This document shows, piece by piece, positions 56,604 through 64,000 of a stretch of DNA of 64,000 nucleotides. The position numbers were made by a program, and so were the translations under genes. The notes beneath the pieces are model-generated. The model was not told the origin of the DNA. It saw only the letters and a list, made by a program, of their open reading frames with translations, and ran no database searches. The stretch is from positions 1,600,001-1,664,000 of the forward strand of contig CAVYGB010000010.1 in the NCBI GenBank assembly GCA_963767925.1, in the 5' to 3' direction. The stretch is from an uncultured delta proteobacterium. Its GTDB lineage: Bacteria; Myxococcota_A; Polyangia; Fen-1088. Position 1 is the first letter of the stretch, and the number at the start of each line of letters is the position of its first letter.

Positions 56604-56774
56604 TCGAAGGGGAACGGCCCCGTCAACCGAACAAATGCGGACTTAGCCACCCGGGAATGCTACCTTCACGTGGCCTTCCCGAGTCGGTCTCCTTTTCAGC
56701 CGTACGGTCTCTGACCTGATCGATGCTGCGATGGTTCAGTGCAAACCGAGGCGAAGAGGGTAAAAGGAGACTGA

Positions 56775-57038
56775 ATGACGACGTCCAAGCTGTTTGTCAG
56801 CAACCTGGCCGATACCGTTTCGGAGGCAGCGCTTCGCGAGATTTTCAGCGAAGAAGGGCGCCGGGTCACCGAGGTTTCGGTGGTCACCGAGCGGGCGACC
56901 GGGAAGCCACGCGGGTTCGGTTTCGTCGAGCTGGTGACAGCCGACGAGGCCGAGGCGGCGCGACAATCGCTGGACGGGCGTGAGCTCGAGGGTCGGCCAA
57001 TCAGCGTTCGGGAAGCCCACACCGGGGCACGGCGCTGA
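56775..57038 (+). CDS. RRM (RNP-1) RNA-binding protein
   Basis: KLFVSNL (RNP2) and TGKPRGFGFVE (RNP1). AAGGAG RBS. Confidence 0.93.
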   Translation: MTTSKLFVSNLADTVSEAALREIFSEEGRRVTEVSVVTERATGKPRGFGFVELVTADEAEAARQSLDGRELEGRPISVREAHTGARR

Positions 57039-57053
57039 CAGCAGGAGGGCTCC

Positions 57054-57215
57054 ATGGACCGAGGTGACGAGAAACGAGCCAGGATCATCGCCGAGCAGGC
57101 CGCCCGCGAGGCGGCCGACCGGGCAGCCGGACGCGTGCCGGTGCTTCCGACGAATCGCTCCAAATCGAAGGGGTCGACGCGGAAGAGCCCGTTTTCCAGG
57201 CCGAAGACCAAATAA
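57054..57215 (+). CDS. Small basic hypothetical protein (53 aa), not in the ORF track
   Basis: AGGAGG RBS just upstream of ATG. Sequence MDRGDEKRARIIAEQAAREAADRAAGRVPVLPTNRSKSKGSTRKSPFSRPKTK. Confidence 0.6.
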   Translation: MDRGDEKRARIIAEQAAREAADRAAGRVPVLPTNRSKSKGSTRKSPFSRPKTK

Positions 57216-57234
57216 CCCGAACTTCGGGGCGGCG

Positions 57235-57343
57235 AGCCGGGCCCGCGCACAGCGAGGGGACCCGGCTATTTTCGTGCGGCCATCGCTTCCGGCCTTCGTC
57301 CACGGGCTAGTCGGGCCCGAGCGAAGCGAGGGAACCCGACTAC
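57235..57343. repeat. Two further copies of the short REP-like palindrome
   Basis: 57307-57343 (CTAGTCGGGCCCGAGCGAAGCGAGGGAACCCGACTAC) and a degenerate copy at 57235-57268 (AGCCGGGCCCG...GACCCGGCTA). Confidence 0.65.
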
Positions 57344-58497
57344 TTCCAAAACAGTCCCTCGTGAGAGACCGGGCGTTTGCCCATCTCGTGGAGCTGCCGG
57401 AGGTGTGAGCGGATAGCCGCCCCGAAGGTGGGGTGGGCGAAGTAGCGCACCCCGTTCTCCGCGCAGACCTGCCGCACGATCGGCGCCAGCGCCGGGTAGT
57501 GCACGTGGCAGATCCGGGGGAAGAGGTGGTGCTCGATCTGGAAGTTGAGCCCACCCAGGTACCAGGCCAGCAGGCGGCTGCCCTGGGCGAAGTCGACGGT
57601 TGTCTCCACCTGGTGCTCGGCCCAGGGGCGCGGGACCTGGTGGTCGTCGGCGGTGATGGCGCGGAAGGCCGCCATGTCGGAGCAGTGGGCGCCCTGGAAG
57701 ACCAGGGCCAGCAAGAGGCCGAGGGTGACCGCGCTGATGGCGTACACGCCGATCACGTGGCTGGCCCGGTGCAGGCTGAGCGGCAGGACGAAGGCCAGCG
57801 AGAAGAAGGCCAGCTTGCCCAGCCAGAAGATCGCCATCTCCTTGCCGCGGGGGACGGGGACCTGGGTGCTACCCACCTGCCGCTTGACCAGCAGGTTGCG
57901 AAACTCGCCCCCGAGCTGCCACTCGATCGCGAACAGGGCGTAGAGGCCCCAGATGTAGAAGGCCTGGAAGCGGTGGGCCGGGTACCAGCGCTGATGGGGC
58001 GACACCCGCCCGAGGAACCCCAGGCTGATGTCGTCGTCCTGGCCCACGATGTTGGGGTGGGTGTGGTGGGCGATGTTGTGCTTGTAGTGCCAGAAGTAGG
58101 CTGTGCCGCCCAGCAGGTCGAGGGTCAGCGACATCACCCGGTTGACCCAGGCTCGCTGCGAATACGAGCCGTGGTTGCCGTCGTGCTGGATGTTGAAGCC
58201 CACGCCGGCCATCGCGAGGCCGAGGGAGATGCCGCCGAGGGCGGCGGTCCAGGCCTGCTCGACAACGAACAGCAGGGCGAGGTACGAGCCGAACAGCCAG
58301 GTCAGGATGATCGCGGTCTTGAGGTACATCCGGGGGACGTCGCGGCGGGACTCGCCGGTCTCCTCGAAGTAGCGGTCGACGCGCTCCTGGAGCTGGCGGG
58401 CGAAGGTCGTCTTCGGGAGGTAGGTCGCTATCGACGTTGGCCGGATCGCGTCGCGGGGGAGTGAAAGGGTCGCGGAATCCGGTGGCATCGCGGGCAC
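57340..58497 (-). CDS. Membrane fatty acid desaturase (front-end/Delta6-like)
   Basis: His boxes HDGNH, HNIAHH and QIEHH, with TM segments. Confidence 0.93.
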   Translation of the reverse strand: MPAMPPDSATLSLPRDAIRPTSIATYLPKTTFARQLQERVDRYFEETGESRRDVPRMYLKTAIILTWLFGSYLALLFVVEQAWTAALGGISLGLAMAGVGFNIQHDGNHGSYSQRAWVNRVMSLTLDLLGGTAYFWHYKHNIAHHTHPNIVGQDDDISLGFLGRVSPHQRWYPAHRFQAFYIWGLYALFAIEWQLGGEFRNLLVKRQVGSTQVPVPRGKEMAIFWLGKLAFFSLAFVLPLSLHRASHVIGVYAISAVTLGLLLALVFQGAHCSDMAAFRAITADDHQVPRPWAEHQVETTVDFAQGSRLLAWYLGGLNFQIEHHLFPRICHVHYPALAPIVRQVCAENGVRYFAHPTFGAAIRSHLRQLHEMGKRPVSHEGLFWK

Positions 58498-58715
58498 TTT
58501 ACGCCGGATAGGGGGTCGAATACCGATATCGGTGTAGGCAAATTGCCTGTCGGTTTGGCACCCGGAAAGCCCCTTACGCGGCGCTCTTCCCTTGGGCTTG
58601 AGGCCCTCGTTCTTCAGGGATGGGTTGATCCCACCGTCTCGGTCGACGTGGGCGCACGGGCTTGGCTTGCCGAAGCTGGAGGCGTTCGCCGGGGGGGTGA
58701 GGCCCGCTGCGCTTC

Positions 58716-58846
58716 GGAGGGGAAGGGCCCTCCCTGAGGCTCGCCGGCCCTTACGCGCTGCGCGCTGGGCCTCTGTCGGCGCTGGCGAGCTCGCGCAGAC
58801 GCGAGCTGCGCGCCTCCGCTCGCCTCAGGAAGGGCCCTTCCCCTCC
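58716..58846. repeat. Intergenic palindromic element with 25-bp inverted arms (MITE-like)
   Basis: GGAGGGGAAGGGCCCTCCCTGAGGC (58716-58740) pairs with GCCTCAGGAAGGGCCCTTCCCCTCC (58822-58846) with 1 mismatch. Confidence 0.7.
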
Positions 58847-58909
58847 TGCGCTCCGCTACCCCGGCGGCTGTTGCTGGCGCTTGAATGTTCGCGGCGGGGG
58901 CTCGGCCTT

Positions 58910-60664
58910 TCAGGGGCGGGAGGCCAGTTGGAGGAGATCCTCGAAGCGTGGGCGGGCTTCGAGGTGGAGGGACCAGTCGTCGTCGTTGCGGTGGCAGTCG
59001 TCGCAGGAGAGGTGGAGACCGCGCATCCGGGCTTTGGCGACCATGGCCTTCATGACCCGCTTGGCGCCTTTGCGGCCGTCCTTGGCGCAGGCGCGGGTGA
59101 CTGGGTTGTCCCCTTCGAGGGCGATGGCGCAGGCGCCGGGGGTGGCCGGGGCGGGGGCTGGTGGGGGGGCGGCGAAGTCGAAGGTGATCTCGGGGGAGGG
59201 GACGCGGACCTCTAGCTGGCGGGTGCCGAGGCGTTCGTGCCAGGCTTCCAGGCGGTAGGGTCCGGGGGGGAGGGCGGTGAGGCGGAAGTGGCCGTGTTCG
59301 TCGGTGACGTCGAAGAACGGGGTCTCGCTGACCAGGACATGGGCGGCGGTGATGGGGTGGCTGTCGCAGGCGAGGTGGACGACTTCGCCTGCGCGTTCGG
59401 CGCGCAGCTCGAGGGCGGGCGCGCGGAAGGGCTGGGGCCGGGCCAGGAGGGTGCGGTCGCCGGTGCGGGCGTGGACCTGGTGGACGGTCTCGTCCTCGTT
59501 GTGGAGGGCGATGCGCTGGCCGACCCGGGCCACCGCCACCCGCGGATGGAAGCGGCAGCCCCGCTGCTCGAAGGTGAGGGGCTCGTCCGGGGGGGCGGCG
59601 CTGCCGGTCCACCCGGCCACCACGCGCACGACGACGTTCGCCAGGCCGCCCGTCCGGCTGACCGCCAGGTCGCCGGGGTCGGGGACGGGCGACCGCGCGC
59701 AGATGGGCTCGACGGCGCGGTCGACCGGGGTGGGAGGAGGGACCCGGCCGAGGAAACGCACGGTGCCCGCGAGGGCTGGGGCCGTGGCGGCGGCTGGGAG
59801 GACGGCCGGCACGGGCCCGGGGGGTGGCGCTGCTGGCTCCTCGACCGCGGCGCCGGCGGGCGCGGCGGCTGGTGCGGGCTCGAGCGGTGGAGGTGGGCGC
59901 GGGCCGGCGGACGAGCGCTCCGGTCGAAGGATCGCCGCGGGCGAGGCTTCCGCCGCCGGTGGAGACGGCGGGCGGAGGGCCAGCCCCACCGTGGTGACCG
60001 TGCTGGCCAGGATCGCGAGGACCAGCACGCCGCGCGACGCCGCTCCCGGCGGTGCGGCCGGTGGACGGCTCCCCTCCCCCTCCCGCTCCCCCATTGCCGG
60101 ACCGTCCCCCTCCTGCTGTCCCGCCAGCGGCTCGAGGGCGAGCGTCCAGGCCCGCCGGCCGCCGCAGCGCCGCTCGAGCGCCTCGCGCAGCTCGGCCAGG
60201 CCGGTCCGGAGGCGGCCGCGGACGGTGGGGGGCGGCAGGTGCATCTGGGCGGCGATCTCGGTCGAGGAGAGGCCGTCGAAGTAGCGCAGCACAACGATCT
60301 TCCGATAGGGCTCGGCCAGCACGGCCACCAGGTCGACAAGCAGCTTCTCGGTCTGCCGGCGCAGGAGCTGCTCCTCGGGGGAGGGGGCCGGCGGCGGCGC
60401 GGGGGTGGCGCTCTCCCGGGCCCGGCGGCGGCGATCGCCCCGCAGCCGGTTGAGCACGCGGCGGTGCAAGACGCTGCGCAGCCAGGGGGCCAGCGGGCGA
60501 TCCAGCCGCGGGGGGAGGCGCAGCGCCGCGAGCCAGGTGTCCTGCACGGCGTCCTCCGCCTGGGCCTCGTCGCCCAGCAGGCTGCGGGCCAGGCGCCGTG
60601 TCCAGGCGGCGTGACGGAGAAGCTGATCCGCGAGGGCGCAATCGGCGCCGGGAGATCGATTCAT
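58910..60664 (-). CDS. ECF sigma factor with C-terminal extension: TM helix, cupredoxin-like/carboxypeptidase-regulatory-like domain and CxxCH heme motif
   Basis: Sigma2 (AEDAVQDTWLAAL...WLRSV), sigma4 (LAEPYRKIVVLRYFDGLSSTEIA...TVRGRL), TM GVLVLAILASTVTTVGLAL, then EQRGCRFHPRV...HNEDETVHQV...CDSHP...FRLTALPPGPYRLEAWHE and C-terminal CDDCH. Confidence 0.85.
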   Translation of the reverse strand: MNRSPGADCALADQLLRHAAWTRRLARSLLGDEAQAEDAVQDTWLAALRLPPRLDRPLAPWLRSVLHRRVLNRLRGDRRRRARESATPAPPPAPSPEEQLLRRQTEKLLVDLVAVLAEPYRKIVVLRYFDGLSSTEIAAQMHLPPPTVRGRLRTGLAELREALERRCGGRRAWTLALEPLAGQQEGDGPAMGEREGEGSRPPAAPPGAASRGVLVLAILASTVTTVGLALRPPSPPAAEASPAAILRPERSSAGPRPPPPLEPAPAAAPAGAAVEEPAAPPPGPVPAVLPAAATAPALAGTVRFLGRVPPPTPVDRAVEPICARSPVPDPGDLAVSRTGGLANVVVRVVAGWTGSAAPPDEPLTFEQRGCRFHPRVAVARVGQRIALHNEDETVHQVHARTGDRTLLARPQPFRAPALELRAERAGEVVHLACDSHPITAAHVLVSETPFFDVTDEHGHFRLTALPPGPYRLEAWHERLGTRQLEVRVPSPEITFDFAAPPPAPAPATPGACAIALEGDNPVTRACAKDGRKGAKRVMKAMVAKARMRGLHLSCDDCHRNDDDWSLHLEARPRFEDLLQLASRP

Positions 60665-60833
60665 GCCAGCAGCCACACCACCCGCGACCCACCTGTTTCG
60701 AAAAAGCGCCCCACAGCGCCCCGATCCTGACACAGGGTGGAAGGTATTCGGGACCCGCAAAGGGTCAGGGGTGCGCGGGAGGACCGGCGCGGCGCTGCGG
60801 GCCGGGCGTCGTCACCCGAACGGAGGGGTGAGC

Positions 60834-62294
60834 TCAGCGGAGGGGTTCTAGGGGGAGGCGGACGCGGAAGGTGGTGCCTTTGCCGACTTCGGAGGTGAAG
60901 GAGATGTCGCCGCCGTGGCGGTCGACGACGATGGTGCGGCAGATGGAGAGGCCCTGGCCGGTGCCCTTGCCGGCGGCCTTGGTGGTGAAGAAGGGCTCGA
61001 ACACCATCGGCTGGTCCTCGCCGGGGATGCCGACGCCGGTGTCGCTCACCTCGATCAGCACGTGGTCCTCGTGGAACCGGGTGCGCATCCGGATGAGGCC
61101 CATGCCCTTGCGGCCGGGGACCTCGGTGATGGCCTGGGCGGCGTTGACGATGAGGTTGAGGAAGACCTGGTTGAGGTCGCCGATGTGGCAGATCACGTGG
61201 GGCAGGTCGGGTTGCAGGTCGGTCTCGACCCGGGCCACGTAGCGGTATTCGCTGCTGGCCACCGTGAGGGTATTGGTGAGGGCGCGGTTGATGTCGGCGG
61301 GGGCCTTGTCGCGCCGGACCGGGTGCATGAACTCCTTCATGGCCCGCAGGATGGTCGTGATGCGGCTGGTCCCCTCGAGCATGCCGTCGAGGGCCTCGCC
61401 GATGTCCCGCTCGATCTCGGGCAGGCAGAGGGTGCGGTCGGCCTCGGCGATGGCCCGCCGGATCTCCTCGGTCCCGATCCGCTCGAGCACCGAGCGGAAC
61501 TTCACGTTGACCGTGCGCAGGCTACCGAAGGCCTGGCGCAGCAGCTCGACGCTCTCGCCCACGAACTGCACGGGGGTGCTGATCTCGTGGGCGATGCCCG
61601 CCGCCACCAGCCCCACCGCTTCCAGCTTCTGGGCCAGGCGCAGCTCGGTCTCGATGCGCTCGCGTTCGGCGCTGACCTGCTTGAGCTGCTCGGTGGTGCG
61701 CACCAGGTCGACCGAATAGCGCTTCACCTCGCTGCGCAGGTCCAGCAGGTGGCGCCGGGTCTGCTGGCGCAGGGTCCACTTGTTGGTGAGGGTGTGGGCG
61801 AGCTGGCGGATCTCCACCGCGTCGAAGGGCTTGCGCAGGATGAGCAGGTTGTCGCTGGGGGCCAGGCGCCGCCGGATCTCCGACCAGCTATGGTCGGAGT
61901 AGGCGCTGCAGATCACCACCTGCAGCTCGGGGTCCACCCGCCAGAGCTGGTTGATGGTCTCGATGCCGTCCCAGCCGGGCGGCATGCGCACGTCGACGAA
62001 GGCCAGCGAATAGGGGAGGTGCTCGCGGTGGGCCTCGCGCAGCAGAGCCAGCGCCTCCGGCCCCTGGTAGGCGGAGTCGATGTGGTACTGGTCGACGATC
62101 CAGGTGAAGGGGGCCTCGTCGAAGAGGTCCTCCTCCAGGGTGTCGAGGGTGGCGTGGGAGCGCGCGGGCGGGGCGAGGATCTTGCGGATGTCCTCGTGGA
62201 TCGCCGGGCTGTCGTCGACGAGGAGGATCCGGCGGTTGACCTCGGGCTCCTGCGGCGAGGAGCGCTCGGGGGGCTTGGGGATGACCGTCAGCAA
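60834..62294 (-). CDS. Cytoplasmic hybrid kinase (receiver-HisKA-HATPase)
   Basis: ILLVDDS, AFVDVRMPPGWDG, ILRKPF, AQKLEAVGLVAAGIAHEIST, NQVFLNLIVNA, FEPFFTTK, GTGQGL. Start uncertain. Confidence 0.9.
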   Translation of the reverse strand: MLTVIPKPPERSSPQEPEVNRRILLVDDSPAIHEDIRKILAPPARSHATLDTLEEDLFDEAPFTWIVDQYHIDSAYQGPEALALLREAHREHLPYSLAFVDVRMPPGWDGIETINQLWRVDPELQVVICSAYSDHSWSEIRRRLAPSDNLLILRKPFDAVEIRQLAHTLTNKWTLRQQTRRHLLDLRSEVKRYSVDLVRTTEQLKQVSAERERIETELRLAQKLEAVGLVAAGIAHEISTPVQFVGESVELLRQAFGSLRTVNVKFRSVLERIGTEEIRRAIAEADRTLCLPEIERDIGEALDGMLEGTSRITTILRAMKEFMHPVRRDKAPADINRALTNTLTVASSEYRYVARVETDLQPDLPHVICHIGDLNQVFLNLIVNAAQAITEVPGRKGMGLIRMRTRFHEDHVLIEVSDTGVGIPGEDQPMVFEPFFTTKAAGKGTGQGLSICRTIVVDRHGGDISFTSEVGKGTTFRVRLPLEPLR

Positions 62295-62393
62295 GCGGTG
62301 GCCTCTTCGCTGAATCGGAGGATCCGGGAGGGGCCTTGAGCGGCGGGGCCGGGCTTCAAGTTTCGACCGGGCGGTCCCGAATCCGAGGCTGAG

Positions 62394-63827
62394 GTGTTGT
62401 CTCGCACGGAAACCTCCTCCTCGGAAACGCCGACCGCCGGCGTTCCCCTCGACACGGAGGGTGAGCTGAACGTCGTGCGCGACGCCAGCGGCCAGATCCC
62501 CTCGAGCCTGCGGCTCAAGGCGGTGCTGTCGGTGTTCGTGGGGGTGCTGCTGCTGGCGATGACCTTCACCGTGCTGGTGGGAGCGGGCACCTTCGGCCAC
62601 CTCGACCCCACTCTGCGGGGGCGGCTGATCGCCATCATCCTGCTGGCGGGGGTGGGGGCCATGGCGGCCACCCTGCTGTTCGTGCACCTGTTCTTCGGGC
62701 CGGTGCTGCGCTTCGCCGAGGGGCTCTTGCAGAAGCTGCGCAACCTGACCACCACCCTCGAGCTGCGGGTGGAGGAGCGCACCGCCGCCCTGCGCGAGTC
62801 CAACACCCAGCTCCGCCAGACCCTCGATCAGAACCGGAACATGCAGCGGCAGCTCATGGACGCCTCCCGCCGGGCGGGCATGGCCGAGGTGGCCACCGCC
62901 GTGCTCCACAACGTCGGCAACGTCCTCAACAGCGTCAACGTGTCGGCGGGGGTGGTGATCGAGGCGGTGCAACAGTCGCGCATGTCGGCGCTGACCCGCA
63001 TCGCCGAGCTGATCCGGGCCCACGAGGCCGACTGGGCCCACTTCGTCACCGCCGACGACAAGGGGCGCAAGCTGCCCGCCTACATCTGCGGCCTGGCCGA
63101 GGCGGGCGCCGAGGAGCGGCGGGCCATCCTCGACGAGCTCACCTCGCTGCAGCGGAACATCGACCACATCAAGACGGTGGTGGCCCGCCAGCAGGCCCAG
63201 GTCAAGGCAGTGATCGGCGTCGTGGAGGCGGTGACGGTCACCGAGGTGGTCAACGACGCCATCCGCCTGGCCAGCAGCGCCCACGGCCGCCACGGCATCA
63301 CGGTCGAGCGGGAGTTCGCCGAGCTGCCGCTGGTGCGGCTCGACCGCCACAAGCTGTTCGAGACCCTGATGAACCTGCTGGGCAACGCCCGGGTGGCGCT
63401 CGAGGACCGGGAGGGCGATCGCAAGATCATCGTACGCATCCGGCCCCAGGACGAGGGCCGCTTCGGGATCGAGGTGGAGGACACCGGCTGCGGCATCGCC
63501 CCCGAGAACCTGGCCCGCATCTTCACCTTCGGCTTCACCACCCGCCCCGGGGGCCACGGCTTCGGGCTGCACGCCAGCGCGCTGGCCGCCGCCGAGATGG
63601 GCGGGACGCTGGTGGCCAGCAGCGACGGCGTCGGGCGGGGCGCCCGCTTCTTGCTCGACCTGCCCTGCGAGCCGCCCCGACCTTTCGGCGACCCGCCCGC
63701 GCCTCCGGCGGCCGCGGCCCAGCCGCCCGCCGCCGCCCCGCCCCCGGCGCCGCCGGCGCCGCCGGCGGTGGCGCCCGTCCCGGCGGCCGCGCCCGCCCCC
63801 CGGGCCTCCGGTCCACGATCCGGCTGA
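62394..63827 (+). CDS. Membrane sensor histidine kinase with two closely spaced TM helices
   Basis: Two hydrophobic segments, RVEERT coiled coil, TAVLHNVGNVLN (H-box), NLLGNA, DTGCGI, GFTTR, GHGFGLH. Confidence 0.88.
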   Translation: MLSRTETSSSETPTAGVPLDTEGELNVVRDASGQIPSSLRLKAVLSVFVGVLLLAMTFTVLVGAGTFGHLDPTLRGRLIAIILLAGVGAMAATLLFVHLFFGPVLRFAEGLLQKLRNLTTTLELRVEERTAALRESNTQLRQTLDQNRNMQRQLMDASRRAGMAEVATAVLHNVGNVLNSVNVSAGVVIEAVQQSRMSALTRIAELIRAHEADWAHFVTADDKGRKLPAYICGLAEAGAEERRAILDELTSLQRNIDHIKTVVARQQAQVKAVIGVVEAVTVTEVVNDAIRLASSAHGRHGITVEREFAELPLVRLDRHKLFETLMNLLGNARVALEDREGDRKIIVRIRPQDEGRFGIEVEDTGCGIAPENLARIFTFGFTTRPGGHGFGLHASALAAAEMGGTLVASSDGVGRGARFLLDLPCEPPRPFGDPPAPPAAAAQPPAAAPPPAPPAPPAVAPVPAAAPAPRASGPRSG

Positions 63828-63856
63828 CGCTTCGACCGGGCCGGCGCTCCGACCGA

Positions 63857-64000
63857 CTAACGCTTCTTGTTGCCGAGGGCCTCGACGCCAGGGAGCTGCT
63901 TGCCCTCGAGGTATTCCAGCGAGGCGCCCCCGCCGGTCGAGACGTGCGAGACCTTGCTGGCCACGCCGGCCTTCTTGACCGCGGAGGCCGAGTCGCCCCC
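63857..64000 (-). CDS. pgk: Phosphoglycerate kinase (3' end only)
   Basis: Manual translation gives [46 protein letters not shown]. Confidence 0.92.
   Translation of the reverse strand, partial: GGDSASAVKKAGVASKVSHVSTGGGASLEYLEGKQLPGVEALGNKKR

Noticed and set aside
58556..58570. Sigma-54 promoter TGGCACCCGGAAAGC
   Set aside because: It has GG-N10-GC spacing but lacks TT at -12 and points into a non-coding region with no credible downstream gene.

Overview
This is a very GC-rich bacterial chromosomal segment, most consistent with Myxococcota: it has FHA proteins, a PP2C phosphatase, a LonD-like Lon, an AgmX/PglI-type TonB-C protein, Cys-rich repeat lipoproteins and a SusC/SusD pair. It carries about 45 CDS. 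These include housekeeping and stress genes (manA, lgt, dnaK, lon, recA, cinA, xseB, ispA, dnaJ, tex, dsbD, pgk), signalling genes, many secreted or lipoprotein hydrolases and a SusC/SusD uptake pair. I found no rRNA, tRNA, CRISPR array, transposase or prophage. Several genes (dnaK, recA, tonB, a Cys-rich lipoprotein, the M3 peptidase) are frameshifted, most likely through assembly or polishing errors. The best leads are: (1) a single-chain ECF sigma factor fused via a TM helix to a cupredoxin-like domain and a C-terminal CxxCH heme motif, a candidate one-component redox/copper sensor; (2) several palindromic non-coding elements (a 161-bp ERIC/MITE-like tandem doublet, a 7x76-bp REP-like array, a dispersed ~36-bp REP) that sit on CTAG/TAG stop codons; (3) a TTGACG-N8-TGGGTGCT motif shared upstream of dnaK and dnaJ; (4) an orphan protein with nine G[ED]R[YF]ITDPP-type repeats; (5) a SusC/SusD plus Zn-protease cluster. 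All product calls come from motif recognition by eye; no searches were run.
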